This document shows positions 8,792 to 18,224 of a stretch of 64,000 nt of DNA, in pieces (position 1 is the stretch's first letter; every line of letters starts with the position of its first letter). The stretch spans positions 4,621 to 68,620 of the forward strand of contig JAZNSO010000007.1 in the NCBI GenBank assembly GCA_045591245.1. Direction: 5' to 3'. The stretch comes from Bacteroidales bacterium. GTDB lineage: Bacteria; Bacteroidota; Bacteroidia; Bacteroidales; F082. A program made the position numbers and the translations under genes. The notes beneath the pieces are model-generated. The model was not told the origin of the DNA. It ran no database searches and was given only the letters and a program-made list of their open reading frames with translations.

Positions 8792-10543
8792 ATGGGTATA
8801 TTACAGATTTTCACATTATTAGGAGCATTGGGCATGTTCCTTTACGGAATGAATTTGATGAGTTCCGGTTTACAAAAAGCTGCTGGTGACAAACTCCGCG
8901 GCTTGCTGTCAGCAATGACATCTAATCCTTTCAAAGGTGTCCTCACTGGTTTAGGAATCACATCAGTGATACAATCTTCAAGTGCAACTACCGTCATGGT
9001 AGTCAGTTTCGTCAACGCGGGACTTCTTACATTAGCGCAGGCTATCAGCGTTATCATGGGTGCCAATATCGGTACGACAGTGACAGCATGGTTAGTATCG
9101 TGGCTCGGTTTCAAAGCCGACATTTCAATCCTCGCCGTCCCTTTGATGGCATTGGGTTTCATAATGTCAATATCAAAGAAAAGTCAAAGAAGAAACATTT
9201 CCGAACTTATCGTAGGTTTCTCTCTTCTATTTTTAGGGCTTTCTCTTATGAAAAACTCAGTCCCAGACCTTCAACAAACTCCTGAAGTACTTTCATTCAT
9301 ACAAGGCTGGCAAGGTCACGGTTTCGGCTCAGTCTTAATATTCCTTTTATTCGGAACAATACTTACGCTCGTACTACAATCATCGTCAGCCACGATGGCA
9401 TTAACGCTCATCATGTTGAATATGGGATGGATCAGATTCGACATGGCATGCGCTATGGTTCTCGGCGAAAATATCGGCACGACCATCACTGCTAATATTG
9501 CAGCCGCTGTCGGCAACACCTCCGCCAAAAGATCGGCATTGGCACACACCGTCTTCAATGTCTTCGGCGTGATATGGGCTCTTATATGCTTCCCGTTCTT
9601 CCTTAAATTGATAGGCTTCATCACAGAACATCTCTTCGGCGTGCCTAATCCAGCGGCAGAAGGTTTCGCTGTTGAAGTCACAAAAGACAAGGCAGGACAG
9701 ATTTTACAAAGCGACTCACAGACAGCAGCGCTCTACGGACTCTCGATGTTACATACGCTCTTCAACACCATCAACACCTTCATTCTTATATGGTTTATCC
9801 CATTGATTGAAAAGATAGTATGTTCTATCATAAAGGAATCTAAGAATCAAGATAACGAAGCTTTCCGCTTGAAATACATCTCTGCTGGTCCTATGGCGAC
9901 ACCAGAACTTGCTACAGAACAAGCATTTGAAGAAATTATACATTTCGCTCAAATCTCAAAAAACGGTTTTGAATATGCCAGAGCTGCCGTAAACGAAAGC
10001 GACACTGACAGGTTTGAGACATTGAGGGAGAAACTTGTTAAATATGAAGAGATTTCCGACCGTATTGAACATGAGATCGCTGCATTCCTTAACGCAGTAT
10101 CAACAGGAGAAATAAGCGAAAGCACATCAAACAAAATCAAAGCAATGTACAAGATAATCGGCGAACTTGAGTCATTGGGCGATTCTGGCGAATCAATCAG
10201 CAGAATACTTGCAAGGAAAAACATACATAACAAGACCTTCGATGCTGATACCATAAAGAAACTCAACAATATGGCAGATCATGTCATCGCTGCATACGAT
10301 GTCATGATTGAAAATCTCACGGCAGCTCATGACGGCAAACTCGACAATATCTCAAACGCATATAATGCCGAAGACCGTATCAATAATCTCAGGAATAACC
10401 TTAGAGATGCCGAGATTGAAGATATAGAAAACGGCGACAAAAACTATCAGACAAGCGTTTATTATATGGACCTCGTGAGTGAATTCGAGAGAATGGGTGA
10501 CTTTATGATCAACGTTTCTCAAGATCTTGTAAAAACATTCTAA
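8792..10543 (+). CDS. Na+/phosphate cotransporter family protein with PhoU-like C-terminal domain
   Basis: Two Na/Pi-cotransporter repeats (VIQSSSATTVMVVSF and VLQSSSATMALTLIM) and a C-terminal helical PhoU-like region. Confidence 0.9.
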   Translation: MGILQIFTLLGALGMFLYGMNLMSSGLQKAAGDKLRGLLSAMTSNPFKGVLTGLGITSVIQSSSATTVMVVSFVNAGLLTLAQAISVIMGANIGTTVTAWLVSWLGFKADISILAVPLMALGFIMSISKKSQRRNISELIVGFSLLFLGLSLMKNSVPDLQQTPEVLSFIQGWQGHGFGSVLIFLLFGTILTLVLQSSSATMALTLIMLNMGWIRFDMACAMVLGENIGTTITANIAAAVGNTSAKRSALAHTVFNVFGVIWALICFPFFLKLIGFITEHLFGVPNPAAEGFAVEVTKDKAGQILQSDSQTAALYGLSMLHTLFNTINTFILIWFIPLIEKIVCSIIKESKNQDNEAFRLKYISAGPMATPELATEQAFEEIIHFAQISKNGFEYARAAVNESDTDRFETLREKLVKYEEISDRIEHEIAAFLNAVSTGEISESTSNKIKAMYKIIGELESLGDSGESISRILARKNIHNKTFDADTIKKLNNMADHVIAAYDVMIENLTAAHDGKLDNISNAYNAEDRINNLRNNLRDAEIEDIENGDKNYQTSVYYMDLVSEFERMGDFMINVSQDLVKTF

Positions 10544-10580
10544 TAATCCAATCAACGTTTTATCAAACATTTAATAAATA

Positions 10581-10621
10581 AAATCTCCAGATTTTCGATT
10601 GAATTTCTGGAGATTTTTTAT
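10581..10621. terminator. Bidirectional rho-independent terminator between convergent genes
   Basis: AAATCTCCAGA-N14-TCTGGAGATTT followed by TTTTA, with an A-rich run on the other side. Confidence 0.6.
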
Positions 10622-10651
10622 TAACGTAGTAAGAGTTTCTGTTATCAGCAA

Positions 10652-13393
10652 TCAGCTAAGCAATTTCTTAATCGCTCTCATTGCTTCACCGACAAACAAT
10701 ACAGGGAATGTTCCTACAATGATGTAGAGCCATTCAATCATTTTCAAAGGAGCGACATTGAACATTTCGCCGCCAAAAGTTACAATAAGATACTGTCCGC
10801 CGCATATTACGAGCAAAGCTAACCCGAAGCCAGCCAAAACGTCTTTATTGAACAAGCCTTTCAGTGCGGAGCCTTCGCTATGGAATGCTTTGGCATTGAA
10901 TAAATTCCAGAATTGTAAGAATACGAATATAGAAAATATGAACGTTTGTTCTACTGGCGATATTCCTTGTGACGACTTAAAGTTGAAATAATTTTTGAAA
11001 TAGTCAGCAAATGAGAAATCTGCTAATGAAGTCACATCAGCGTGTTTGAAATATTGGACGAGACCAAACATAAGAAGAACGAAGAAAATACCGACTCCGA
11101 AAATAGACCACATCATTGGTTTTGTAATGATATTTGCTTCTCTGCTACGAGGTTTTTCTTTCATCACCATTTCTGAAGGTGGCAGAGATGCCAAAGCGAG
11201 AGCAGCGAAAGTATCCATGATAAGGTTAACCCAAAGCATCTGAGTTACAGTAAGAACCATTTCTGTTCCTAGCAACGCACCGAGCATAACGATAAGGCAA
11301 GCAGCTACATTAATTGTCATTTGGAATACCACGAAACGTTGGATATTGATGTAAAGAGATCTACCCCACATCACGGCGCGAGCTATACTATTGAATGAGT
11401 TGTCGAGAATTGTTATGTCGGAGGCCTCTTTAGCCACTGTGGTTCCGTCGCCCATTGAGAGGCCGACTTGAGCAGCTTTCAATGCAGGAGCGTCATTTGT
11501 ACCGTCACCGGTAACAGCGACGACTTCTCCTTCACTTTGCAACAATCTGACCAGACGTTCTTTATCCATAGGACGAGCGCGCGACATAATCTTAATATTA
11601 TGAACAACAGAAATAGCCTCTTCATCAGAGAGAGCTTCCCAATCTTTTCCTGTTATGTGATTAACTTCTTTAGAATCAGTGCCTAGCCATAAACCAAGCT
11701 GACGACCGATTTCCATTGCTGTACCAGGAGTATCACCTGTAACGATCTTAACGTCAATACCTGCTGACATACAATTCTTTACTGCTTCTGCAACATCGCT
11801 GCGGATTGGGTCAGCTATAGCGACTACGCCCAGTAAAATAAAGTTTTCTGCCACGAGGTCATCTGTATTAGGATCGAATGATTGTTCGTTAGGATCGCCT
11901 ACTTTATAAGCGAAAGCGAGAGTACGCATTGCCTTACCTTGATATTCAAGAAGTTGTCTTTCAACATCCAAACGATAAGGAGTAATATCCACATTGCCTT
12001 CTGGCATCGCAATTTTATTACAATGTCTCAATAAAATCTCAGGAGCTCCTTTTACATAAAATATAGGTTTTCCCATAGCAGGCGACTCTACGATAGAAGC
12101 CATGAATTTATATTTCGTCGAAAACGGAACTTGTTGATACATCTTCACACCTTCTCTAAGTTGCATATAATCAACGCCTTGTTTATTAAGCCACAATAAC
12201 AAGGCTCCTTCAGTAGGATTTCCTATTGCCTTGATTTTTTTCTCATCACTGAAATCGAGGAATGCTGTTGTATTAAGTGCGAGACTTTCTTTTATAAGGT
12301 TACTAATCTCATTATCAGAAAGTTGTTTTTCAGGAAGAGCAGGGAAACTCATATCATTAACGCTCATTTGGTTCTGAGTAAGAGTTCCTGTTTTATCTGT
12401 ACAAATCACAGTAGCAGCTCCCATTGTCTCACAGGCGTGCATTTTTCTGACGAGGTTATTTGCGGTAAGCATTCGTTTCATACTCAATGCCAAACTCAGA
12501 GTTACGCTCATCGGAAGACCTTCTGGAACAGAAACCACTATTATTGTGACTGCCATCATCAATGTATTAAGAAGATAATGAGCGAAATTCAGCCATTCGA
12601 ATGTTTCGCCTGTTGTGAAGTACATCACAAGACGCATTACTAAAATCACAGAAGCAATGATATAACTTGCGACAGTGATAATCTTTCCGAGATGATCTAA
12701 TTGATTATCAAGAGGAGTTTTTATATTATTATCGATTTGAGAACCTTGATAAACCTTACCCCATTCTGTTGCGTCGCCTACCTTATCGACTATCATAACG
12801 CCATGACCGTCGATGACCTTACTTCCGCGGAGAACATAGTTTGATGGATAAGTTGCGTCTTTCTTAAACTCTTTAGGATCGATTGTTTTCGTCGCCATAG
12901 GTTCGCCAGTCAAGTCTGATTCATTGACTTGCAACGAGAATGCATCAATAAGTTCGCCGTCAGCAGGCACTTCATCACCTGTTTCTATGATAACCACGTC
13001 ACCGACAACAATTTCCTTACGACCAATGACTGTAATATTTCCATTACGAACGACTTTCACTTCCTCATCGTCGCTGACCTTATTAAGCACTTCGAATTTT
13101 TTATTTGCGCTGACCTCAAAGGCAAAACCTATGCATGTTGCGAGCATTATAGCGACGAAAATTCCTATTGGTTCAAATAACACCGCAATTCCTTCATCAG
13201 TTGTAAAGAATTGATACAGAGACACTCCTATTGACAAAGCCAATGCTATCAATAAGATTCTAATGATAGGATCTGTAAATTTTTCCAGAAACTGATGCCA
13301 TAGAGATTCTTTCTCTGGCGGTGTCAAAACATTGGAGCCGTGTTTCTTACGACTTTCTTCAACTTGATCGTTAGTTAAACCTTTGTTCATCAT
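10652..13393 (-). CDS. Calcium-translocating P-type ATPase (PMCA/P2 type)
   Basis: 913 aa. ICTDKTGTLTQN phosphorylation site, TGDGTNDAPALK hinge, LTGEP actuator motif, VPEGLP in M4. Confidence 0.95.
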   Translation of the reverse strand: MMNKGLTNDQVEESRKKHGSNVLTPPEKESLWHQFLEKFTDPIIRILLIALALSIGVSLYQFFTTDEGIAVLFEPIGIFVAIMLATCIGFAFEVSANKKFEVLNKVSDDEEVKVVRNGNITVIGRKEIVVGDVVIIETGDEVPADGELIDAFSLQVNESDLTGEPMATKTIDPKEFKKDATYPSNYVLRGSKVIDGHGVMIVDKVGDATEWGKVYQGSQIDNNIKTPLDNQLDHLGKIITVASYIIASVILVMRLVMYFTTGETFEWLNFAHYLLNTLMMAVTIIVVSVPEGLPMSVTLSLALSMKRMLTANNLVRKMHACETMGAATVICTDKTGTLTQNQMSVNDMSFPALPEKQLSDNEISNLIKESLALNTTAFLDFSDEKKIKAIGNPTEGALLLWLNKQGVDYMQLREGVKMYQQVPFSTKYKFMASIVESPAMGKPIFYVKGAPEILLRHCNKIAMPEGNVDITPYRLDVERQLLEYQGKAMRTLAFAYKVGDPNEQSFDPNTDDLVAENFILLGVVAIADPIRSDVAEAVKNCMSAGIDVKIVTGDTPGTAMEIGRQLGLWLGTDSKEVNHITGKDWEALSDEEAISVVHNIKIMSRARPMDKERLVRLLQSEGEVVAVTGDGTNDAPALKAAQVGLSMGDGTTVAKEASDITILDNSFNSIARAVMWGRSLYINIQRFVVFQMTINVAACLIVMLGALLGTEMVLTVTQMLWVNLIMDTFAALALASLPPSEMVMKEKPRSREANIITKPMMWSIFGVGIFFVLLMFGLVQYFKHADVTSLADFSFADYFKNYFNFKSSQGISPVEQTFIFSIFVFLQFWNLFNAKAFHSEGSALKGLFNKDVLAGFGLALLVICGGQYLIVTFGGEMFNVAPLKMIEWLYIIVGTFPVLFVGEAMRAIKKLLS

Positions 13394-13412
13394 AAAAAAA
13401 AATATTTATATT

Positions 13413-13898
13413 TTATCTATTTTCTTTTTCTAACAATTTTCTAAATTTTTGTTTATTGTCATCGTCTCTGAAATAAAACATATCACTTATATTATCCATG
13501 CTTATCTCCTTTGTAATATAAGTAACATACATATTGCCAATAAGTTTTGTTTCTGACTGACAAACGGTTTTTATTCCACTAATATACTTGTATGTAGACA
13601 CCAGCGATGTATCGATATAAATTTCTGAATAAGCATCACCTTCAGATGTCATTCGTTCCGCGACGCGAGTAACAGCCGAATTCACCATTTTAGCCAATTC
13701 ACACTCAGCACATATATTAGCCATCTTTCTTGACTCATTGATAGCTTTTGAATGATTACCGAACAAGACCTCCTGACATCCATAAGCAGTATATCTGAAG
13801 AAAGCATTATCAGATTTATATTCTGAACAATCATTATCTTGTGCTGCAATCACATCCACCATAAACAAAAACAGAATGCAAATGTACAATTTTTTCAT
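13413..13898 (-). CDS. Secreted Cys-rich protein of unknown function (LPP20-like pattern)
   Basis: 161 aa with signal MKKLYICILFLFMVDVIAAQ. ATGA overlap with the upstream gene. Only 19 nt before the ATPase ATG. Confidence 0.7.
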   Translation of the reverse strand: MKKLYICILFLFMVDVIAAQDNDCSEYKSDNAFFRYTAYGCQEVLFGNHSKAINESRKMANICAECELAKMVNSAVTRVAERMTSEGDAYSEIYIDTSLVSTYKYISGIKTVCQSETKLIGNMYVTYITKEISMDNISDMFYFRDDDNKQKFRKLLEKENR

Positions 13899-14812
13899 CG
13901 TTCAATTATCTTCCAATTAGCATATAAACAATTATTTTTCAACGAAAGATTTACAAGTGAACACGACAAATTAGTTTTCATCACCATACGTGCAATATTT
14001 TGAGACTTATCATTATAAGAAGCATCTTTTTCATTGGTAATTTGTCGCATCGAGTTCTCTATCACAATATTTTCTGATTCAAACATAGACAAAGCCTGGA
14101 AGAAACTATCGACAAAAGCATTCCACAATCCGAATTCACATTTTGAGAAGACCATTTCATCTGATGTATTTCCATAATCATTATATGAATTCATTGTTTT
14201 CTTCAAGTCGGAATAATACTCTTCTATATATGATCTTTTAAAATATTTGTTATTATCAATCGTTGAATTCCAAAGCATTTCCTTAATTAAATCTGTAGTT
14301 TGGGTTAACATTATTTGCTTTTCTCCGTAATCAGCTGCCTTATTGTAACTATCATAATGGTACATAAATGAGCCTTTTGCTGTTACAGAAACAGCATTCT
14401 CATCTGCATCAATAATATTAAGGAGAACTATTGTTTCATTATATTTGGTTCGGAATATCTTTTCCACCTTATATGATAAGGTATCCGCTACAGTTTCAAA
14501 CTCAGCTATCCAATGTGATCTTTGGTTATTAAAATCATCATTATGATGTATTGCATTAAAATAATAATATTCATAAACTGATGCTAATTCAGCATCTTTT
14601 TCTATAGCATAAAAAGCCAATGCTCTATGTACAGCTTGATAATATGCTATTATAGTATCGCTACTTGGATCGGACACGCCCAAACATCCGCCTTCAAAAA
14701 ACCAACTTGGCAATTCCTCTCCATAAGTAACGGGGGAATCCTCTTGTCCCCCCGTATTACTTGCATTTAATGTTCCTGCATATAGCAGTAAAATAATAAA
14801 TAAGTTTCTCAA
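13895..14812 (-). CDS. Secreted protein of unknown function
   Basis: 305 aa with a signal-like N-terminus RNLFIILLLYAGTLNAS. The start codon at 14812 is TTG and there is no in-frame ATG nearby. Confidence 0.6.
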   Translation of the reverse strand: MRNLFIILLLYAGTLNASNTGGQEDSPVTYGEELPSWFFEGGCLGVSDPSSDTIIAYYQAVHRALAFYAIEKDAELASVYEYYYFNAIHHNDDFNNQRSHWIAEFETVADTLSYKVEKIFRTKYNETIVLLNIIDADENAVSVTAKGSFMYHYDSYNKAADYGEKQIMLTQTTDLIKEMLWNSTIDNNKYFKRSYIEEYYSDLKKTMNSYNDYGNTSDEMVFSKCEFGLWNAFVDSFFQALSMFESENIVIENSMRQITNEKDASYNDKSQNIARMVMKTNLSCSLVNLSLKNNCLYANWKIIER

Positions 14813-14823
14813 CGTTCTATAAA

Positions 14824-15369
14824 TTATTGTAATTTACTCATTTCTTCATCAAGAACTTTTTTGAATTTTTCGTACTCAAAATCTGTTCTGAGTTTTTCAT
14901 CATTTGAAATTTGACTTGCGATGCCATCTAATATTGACTTACCTGTAAGTTCCACACAAGCATAGCAAATTGTTGTACCAGGTTGGCTACCTGGCACTGT
15001 AGCTTCGCAAATCACAGGAGTTCCTTTAAGTTTTTGATTTACAACTGTGCGAGCAATTTCTTGTACACGTTGATTGAATTCACTTTCTGCATCTGCAATG
15101 TATTCACTTGTGTAATTATCAATAACACTTTTTACTGTAGCATCAACCATTGCTGCCAATTGTACACGAGCATTATTAGCAGCTAAAGAACGTGCTTGCT
15201 GAATTTGTCTGTCGCTACCAGCAACATGTTGTCCTAAATAACGAAAGACATCTGATGTAGCTTTGCATTCTGGACATGGTAAATTTGATGCGACTTGTTT
15301 GCCAGAACCACAGGAAACCATTACTAATGCCATTACGACAATTCCTAAAAATAAAGAAATCTTTTTCAT
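14824..15369 (-). CDS. Lipoprotein of unknown function (LPP20-like pattern)
   Basis: 181 aa with lipobox ALVMVSC-GSGKQ. An Ala-rich helix (ARSLAANNARVQLAAMVDATVKSV) is followed by a Cys-containing beta segment. Confidence 0.75.
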   Translation of the reverse strand: MKKISLFLGIVVMALVMVSCGSGKQVASNLPCPECKATSDVFRYLGQHVAGSDRQIQQARSLAANNARVQLAAMVDATVKSVIDNYTSEYIADAESEFNQRVQEIARTVVNQKLKGTPVICEATVPGSQPGTTICYACVELTGKSILDGIASQISNDEKLRTDFEYEKFKKVLDEEMSKLQ

Positions 15370-15500
15370 TTTGATTAATTTTTTAATTACGCCTACTCTT
15401 TGCTTTTCGGCTTCCGCATATTATTTGAATTTAATTTATTTTGTTACTATCTAAACGTATCTGATTCTTATTTTTACTACACTTATAATTGAGATAAGAT

Positions 15501-16436
15501 TTACATACTGATATTTACCTTATGTATTATTTTCTTCTTTCCTAAACTATAACGTATTTCCACATAATTGTCATCCTGCTCATAGCAATCGAAGGTATTA
15601 AAAGTCACAACAACCTGACATCCACTATGTCTTCTATTAAAGTCTCTTGCACATTCACTTCTGAGTTGAGGGAGCGACTTTGTTTTCATTACCTTTTCTC
15701 CATGCATCAACTGTATCACAATGGTACCTCGGTCGTTAGAATTACTGTTCTCCAATACTTCAACATAAATGCCCTTTATCGCATTTTCATAGAGTACAAT
15801 GATATTTTCCAATTTGGAAACTCTTACAGAGTTATCTTGATGCTCCACCTTCATTGCTTTCATCTGAGAAATATTCTCCAGCATAACATCAATATCATCT
15901 ATTTTTTCAAGTGAATTTCTATAACCATCTATTTTATCATTGACAGCCTTTTCTTGAGCATTATATATATCTATAAGTTCTTGCAAATCATATTGTGTGA
16001 ATGGATATAAAATATAATAATCGTAACAGCTTTCTTTTGTTTTTTTATTGACATAACGTTCCCAATAAATATTAGCTTTTGACAAATCAATACCCTGCAA
16101 TGCTGGCATTTTTGCAATTTGTGCCTTGGTAACCCTTTCTGTCTGTTGCCTGTATTCTGCTTCACTTCCAACAACAATTTCCTCATCTTTTATTACGACT
16201 TCAGAACTAATGATAGTTGCAATAGATGATGCAATTTGATTTTTCAGACTTATCAAAACCTCTGTCTTGGCATCTTCTATTGTCTCAGCCTTATACGCCA
16301 CAAACAAATACGGGTCACTACTTGATGCCCAATTGGGTTTTTCATTTGCACTTTTTTCAACTAATTTAAAATCTTTCTGAGCCAATGATACAAATGGCAA
16401 AAAAAACAAGATTAATACTAATAATTTTTTTCTCAT
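15501..16436 (-). CDS. Secreted protein of unknown function
   Basis: ORF 15501..16463, which I start at ATG 16436 (MRKKLLVLILFFLPFVSLAQ). That start is 4 nt after the upstream stop. Confidence 0.7.
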   Translation of the reverse strand: MRKKLLVLILFFLPFVSLAQKDFKLVEKSANEKPNWASSSDPYLFVAYKAETIEDAKTEVLISLKNQIASSIATIISSEVVIKDEEIVVGSEAEYRQQTERVTKAQIAKMPALQGIDLSKANIYWERYVNKKTKESCYDYYILYPFTQYDLQELIDIYNAQEKAVNDKIDGYRNSLEKIDDIDVMLENISQMKAMKVEHQDNSVRVSKLENIIVLYENAIKGIYVEVLENSNSNDRGTIVIQLMHGEKVMKTKSLPQLRSECARDFNRRHSGCQVVVTFNTFDCYEQDDNYVEIRYSLGKKKIIHKVNISM

Positions 16437-16440
16437 ATCT

Positions 16441-17121
16441 TTACTCGTCAATCCAAGACACATCAGGATTATTATTTTTAATATTATTATTTGATTGCGA
16501 TTGTTGTTCCGCTGAAATCTTACTTAAAATATCTATAGAATTCTTATAGCAATCTAATTCTACGTCTATTTGAGGAATCGCGTTGAGTTCATTAAGTGCT
16601 TCGTCATACATACCCATTTCCAAATATGTCGCGATAGTCTCCATCACCTTATCGCATTCATTCTCATAATATTCAACGATTCTATTTTTTGCATTGACAA
16701 TCATCTTCTTGAGTTTAGGGTCGCGTGACTTAATTGACTTAATGGCTTCTGTGACAGCTTTATTCTCATTATCAGCGACACCTTTCTTTGTCATTATCTC
16801 CTGAGACAACAAAAGTTTTCTACTATTATCGACAATGAAACAAGATATTTCCACTTCTGCGACATAATTAATTGGTACTGTTGTCGTTGGCTCTATCGAA
16901 AGGACAGTGATAGAAGGCACCAACAAAAACTTATTCGAATTGTCGGTCGAGCCTATTCCATTAAGCGATACAGCCTGATTCAATCTGTTATACAACATCA
17001 TAGCTGCATCTTCGGTGATATTATCTGTAGAAACAGGCAACACTCTGATTGACTGAGCTTTTGAAACTAATGACATTGATATCAAAAACAGTGTCATCAT
17101 CAAGATATTAATTCTTTTCAT
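16441..17121 (-). CDS. Secreted protein of unknown function
   Basis: 226 aa with signal MKRINILMMTLFLISMSLVSKAQ. The C-terminal region is helical and TPR-like (YLEMGMYDEALNELNAIPQ). Confidence 0.7.
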   Translation of the reverse strand: MKRINILMMTLFLISMSLVSKAQSIRVLPVSTDNITEDAAMMLYNRLNQAVSLNGIGSTDNSNKFLLVPSITVLSIEPTTTVPINYVAEVEISCFIVDNSRKLLLSQEIMTKKGVADNENKAVTEAIKSIKSRDPKLKKMIVNAKNRIVEYYENECDKVMETIATYLEMGMYDEALNELNAIPQIDVELDCYKNSIDILSKISAEQQSQSNNNIKNNNPDVSWIDE

Positions 17122-17122
17122 A

Positions 17123-18106
17123 TTATTTCTCTCCTATTATAATCCAGACTTCACCGAGTCCGCGTTCATAAATTTTACTTTCAATCAAAAAAGGTTCTTT
17201 TTTCAGATAACTTCTAAGTCCATTGGCGAAACCTCTTGCGTCTAAAGCCGACAATCTTCCGTTACGTTCTTTGTACAAAGGAATTCTAACTTGTTCAAAA
17301 ACAAGATAAGTGCTCGTTGCGTTAGTTCTTGTCGGGGCATGATTTACTGTATTATCTTCCATCCAATATGAAATAATGTCTGTAAGTTCCAGATAATCAT
17401 CTTCAAAGTCAAATTCTGTTTCTAAATCGACATCAGAATTATCCCACACTCTGAATTTCAGGACCACTTCACGACCGTTTTTTGCCATATCTTCAAAATG
17501 AGCCATCAGTTGTGAACAAAACGAATCCATGTAATTCAGAACTGCTTCTTCAAGCAACAGATTTACAGGAGCAGTCGTTGAAGGATTCCCCACTCCGGAA
17601 TTAGCAGCGATGACTTTATTTGTATAAGCATCTAAACCTCTCATATTGTATGAGATATAACGTTGAGGACCTTTTTGCATCACTGTATAGTCTAGATCAA
17701 TTATAATATCTGCCTTTGCAGTTCTTTTCACTTTATCTAACATGGACTCAGTGATATACGCGCCAGAAGACGAACTTTCCAGGAGACTCATTTCAACAGA
17801 TTCCTGCTGAATAGATTTAAGCGTTTGTTCAAGGTCTTTCAACGGGAAACCTCTTTCTGCCATAATTTGAGACAATTCCGATATGACAAGACGTAAATCT
17901 TCAATATTATCTTGCTTGAAAAGGTTAGCGACATCGGAAACCACCTGTTTGTTTCCGTTCTCATCCACCCATTCTGTAGTATAACCATGACGCGAGCAAT
18001 AGGCATCAGCTGGCATTATCATAATAGTCGGTTTCTTAGCTTGAGCCATCAAACTAACTGATACAAAAACAAATATCAAAGATAAAAACAATTTTCTCAT
18101 AAGCAT
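17123..18106 (-). CDS. Secreted protein of unknown function (possibly DUF6175-like, from memory only)
   Basis: 327 aa with signal ...FVSVSLMAQA followed by KKPTIMIMPADAY. First gene of the block. Confidence 0.7.
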   Translation of the reverse strand: MLMRKLFLSLIFVFVSVSLMAQAKKPTIMIMPADAYCSRHGYTTEWVDENGNKQVVSDVANLFKQDNIEDLRLVISELSQIMAERGFPLKDLEQTLKSIQQESVEMSLLESSSSGAYITESMLDKVKRTAKADIIIDLDYTVMQKGPQRYISYNMRGLDAYTNKVIAANSGVGNPSTTAPVNLLLEEAVLNYMDSFCSQLMAHFEDMAKNGREVVLKFRVWDNSDVDLETEFDFEDDYLELTDIISYWMEDNTVNHAPTRTNATSTYLVFEQVRIPLYKERNGRLSALDARGFANGLRSYLKKEPFLIESKIYERGLGEVWIIIGEK

Positions 18107-18127
18107 TTTACTTGATTAATTCGTATG

Positions 18128-18135
18128 CAAATTTA
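18128..18135 (-). promoter_or_regulatory. Candidate -7 box (minus strand TAAATTTG) for the six-gene block
   Basis: Plus-strand caaattta. It lies 22 nt upstream of ATG 18106 and just downstream of the 18166-18195 terminator. Confidence 0.3.
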
Positions 18136-18165
18136 ATTTTATTTTTTAAATATCCAATCAATTCA

Positions 18166-18195
18166 TACAAAAAAAAGTCATCGGATGATGACTTT
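18166..18195 (-). terminator. Rho-independent terminator of the DUF4251-like gene
   Basis: Minus strand: AAAGTCATC-atcc-GATGACTTT followed by a T run. Confidence 0.6.
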
Positions 18196-18224
18196 TCTGA
18201 TTGGCAAATAATATGTAGAATTAA

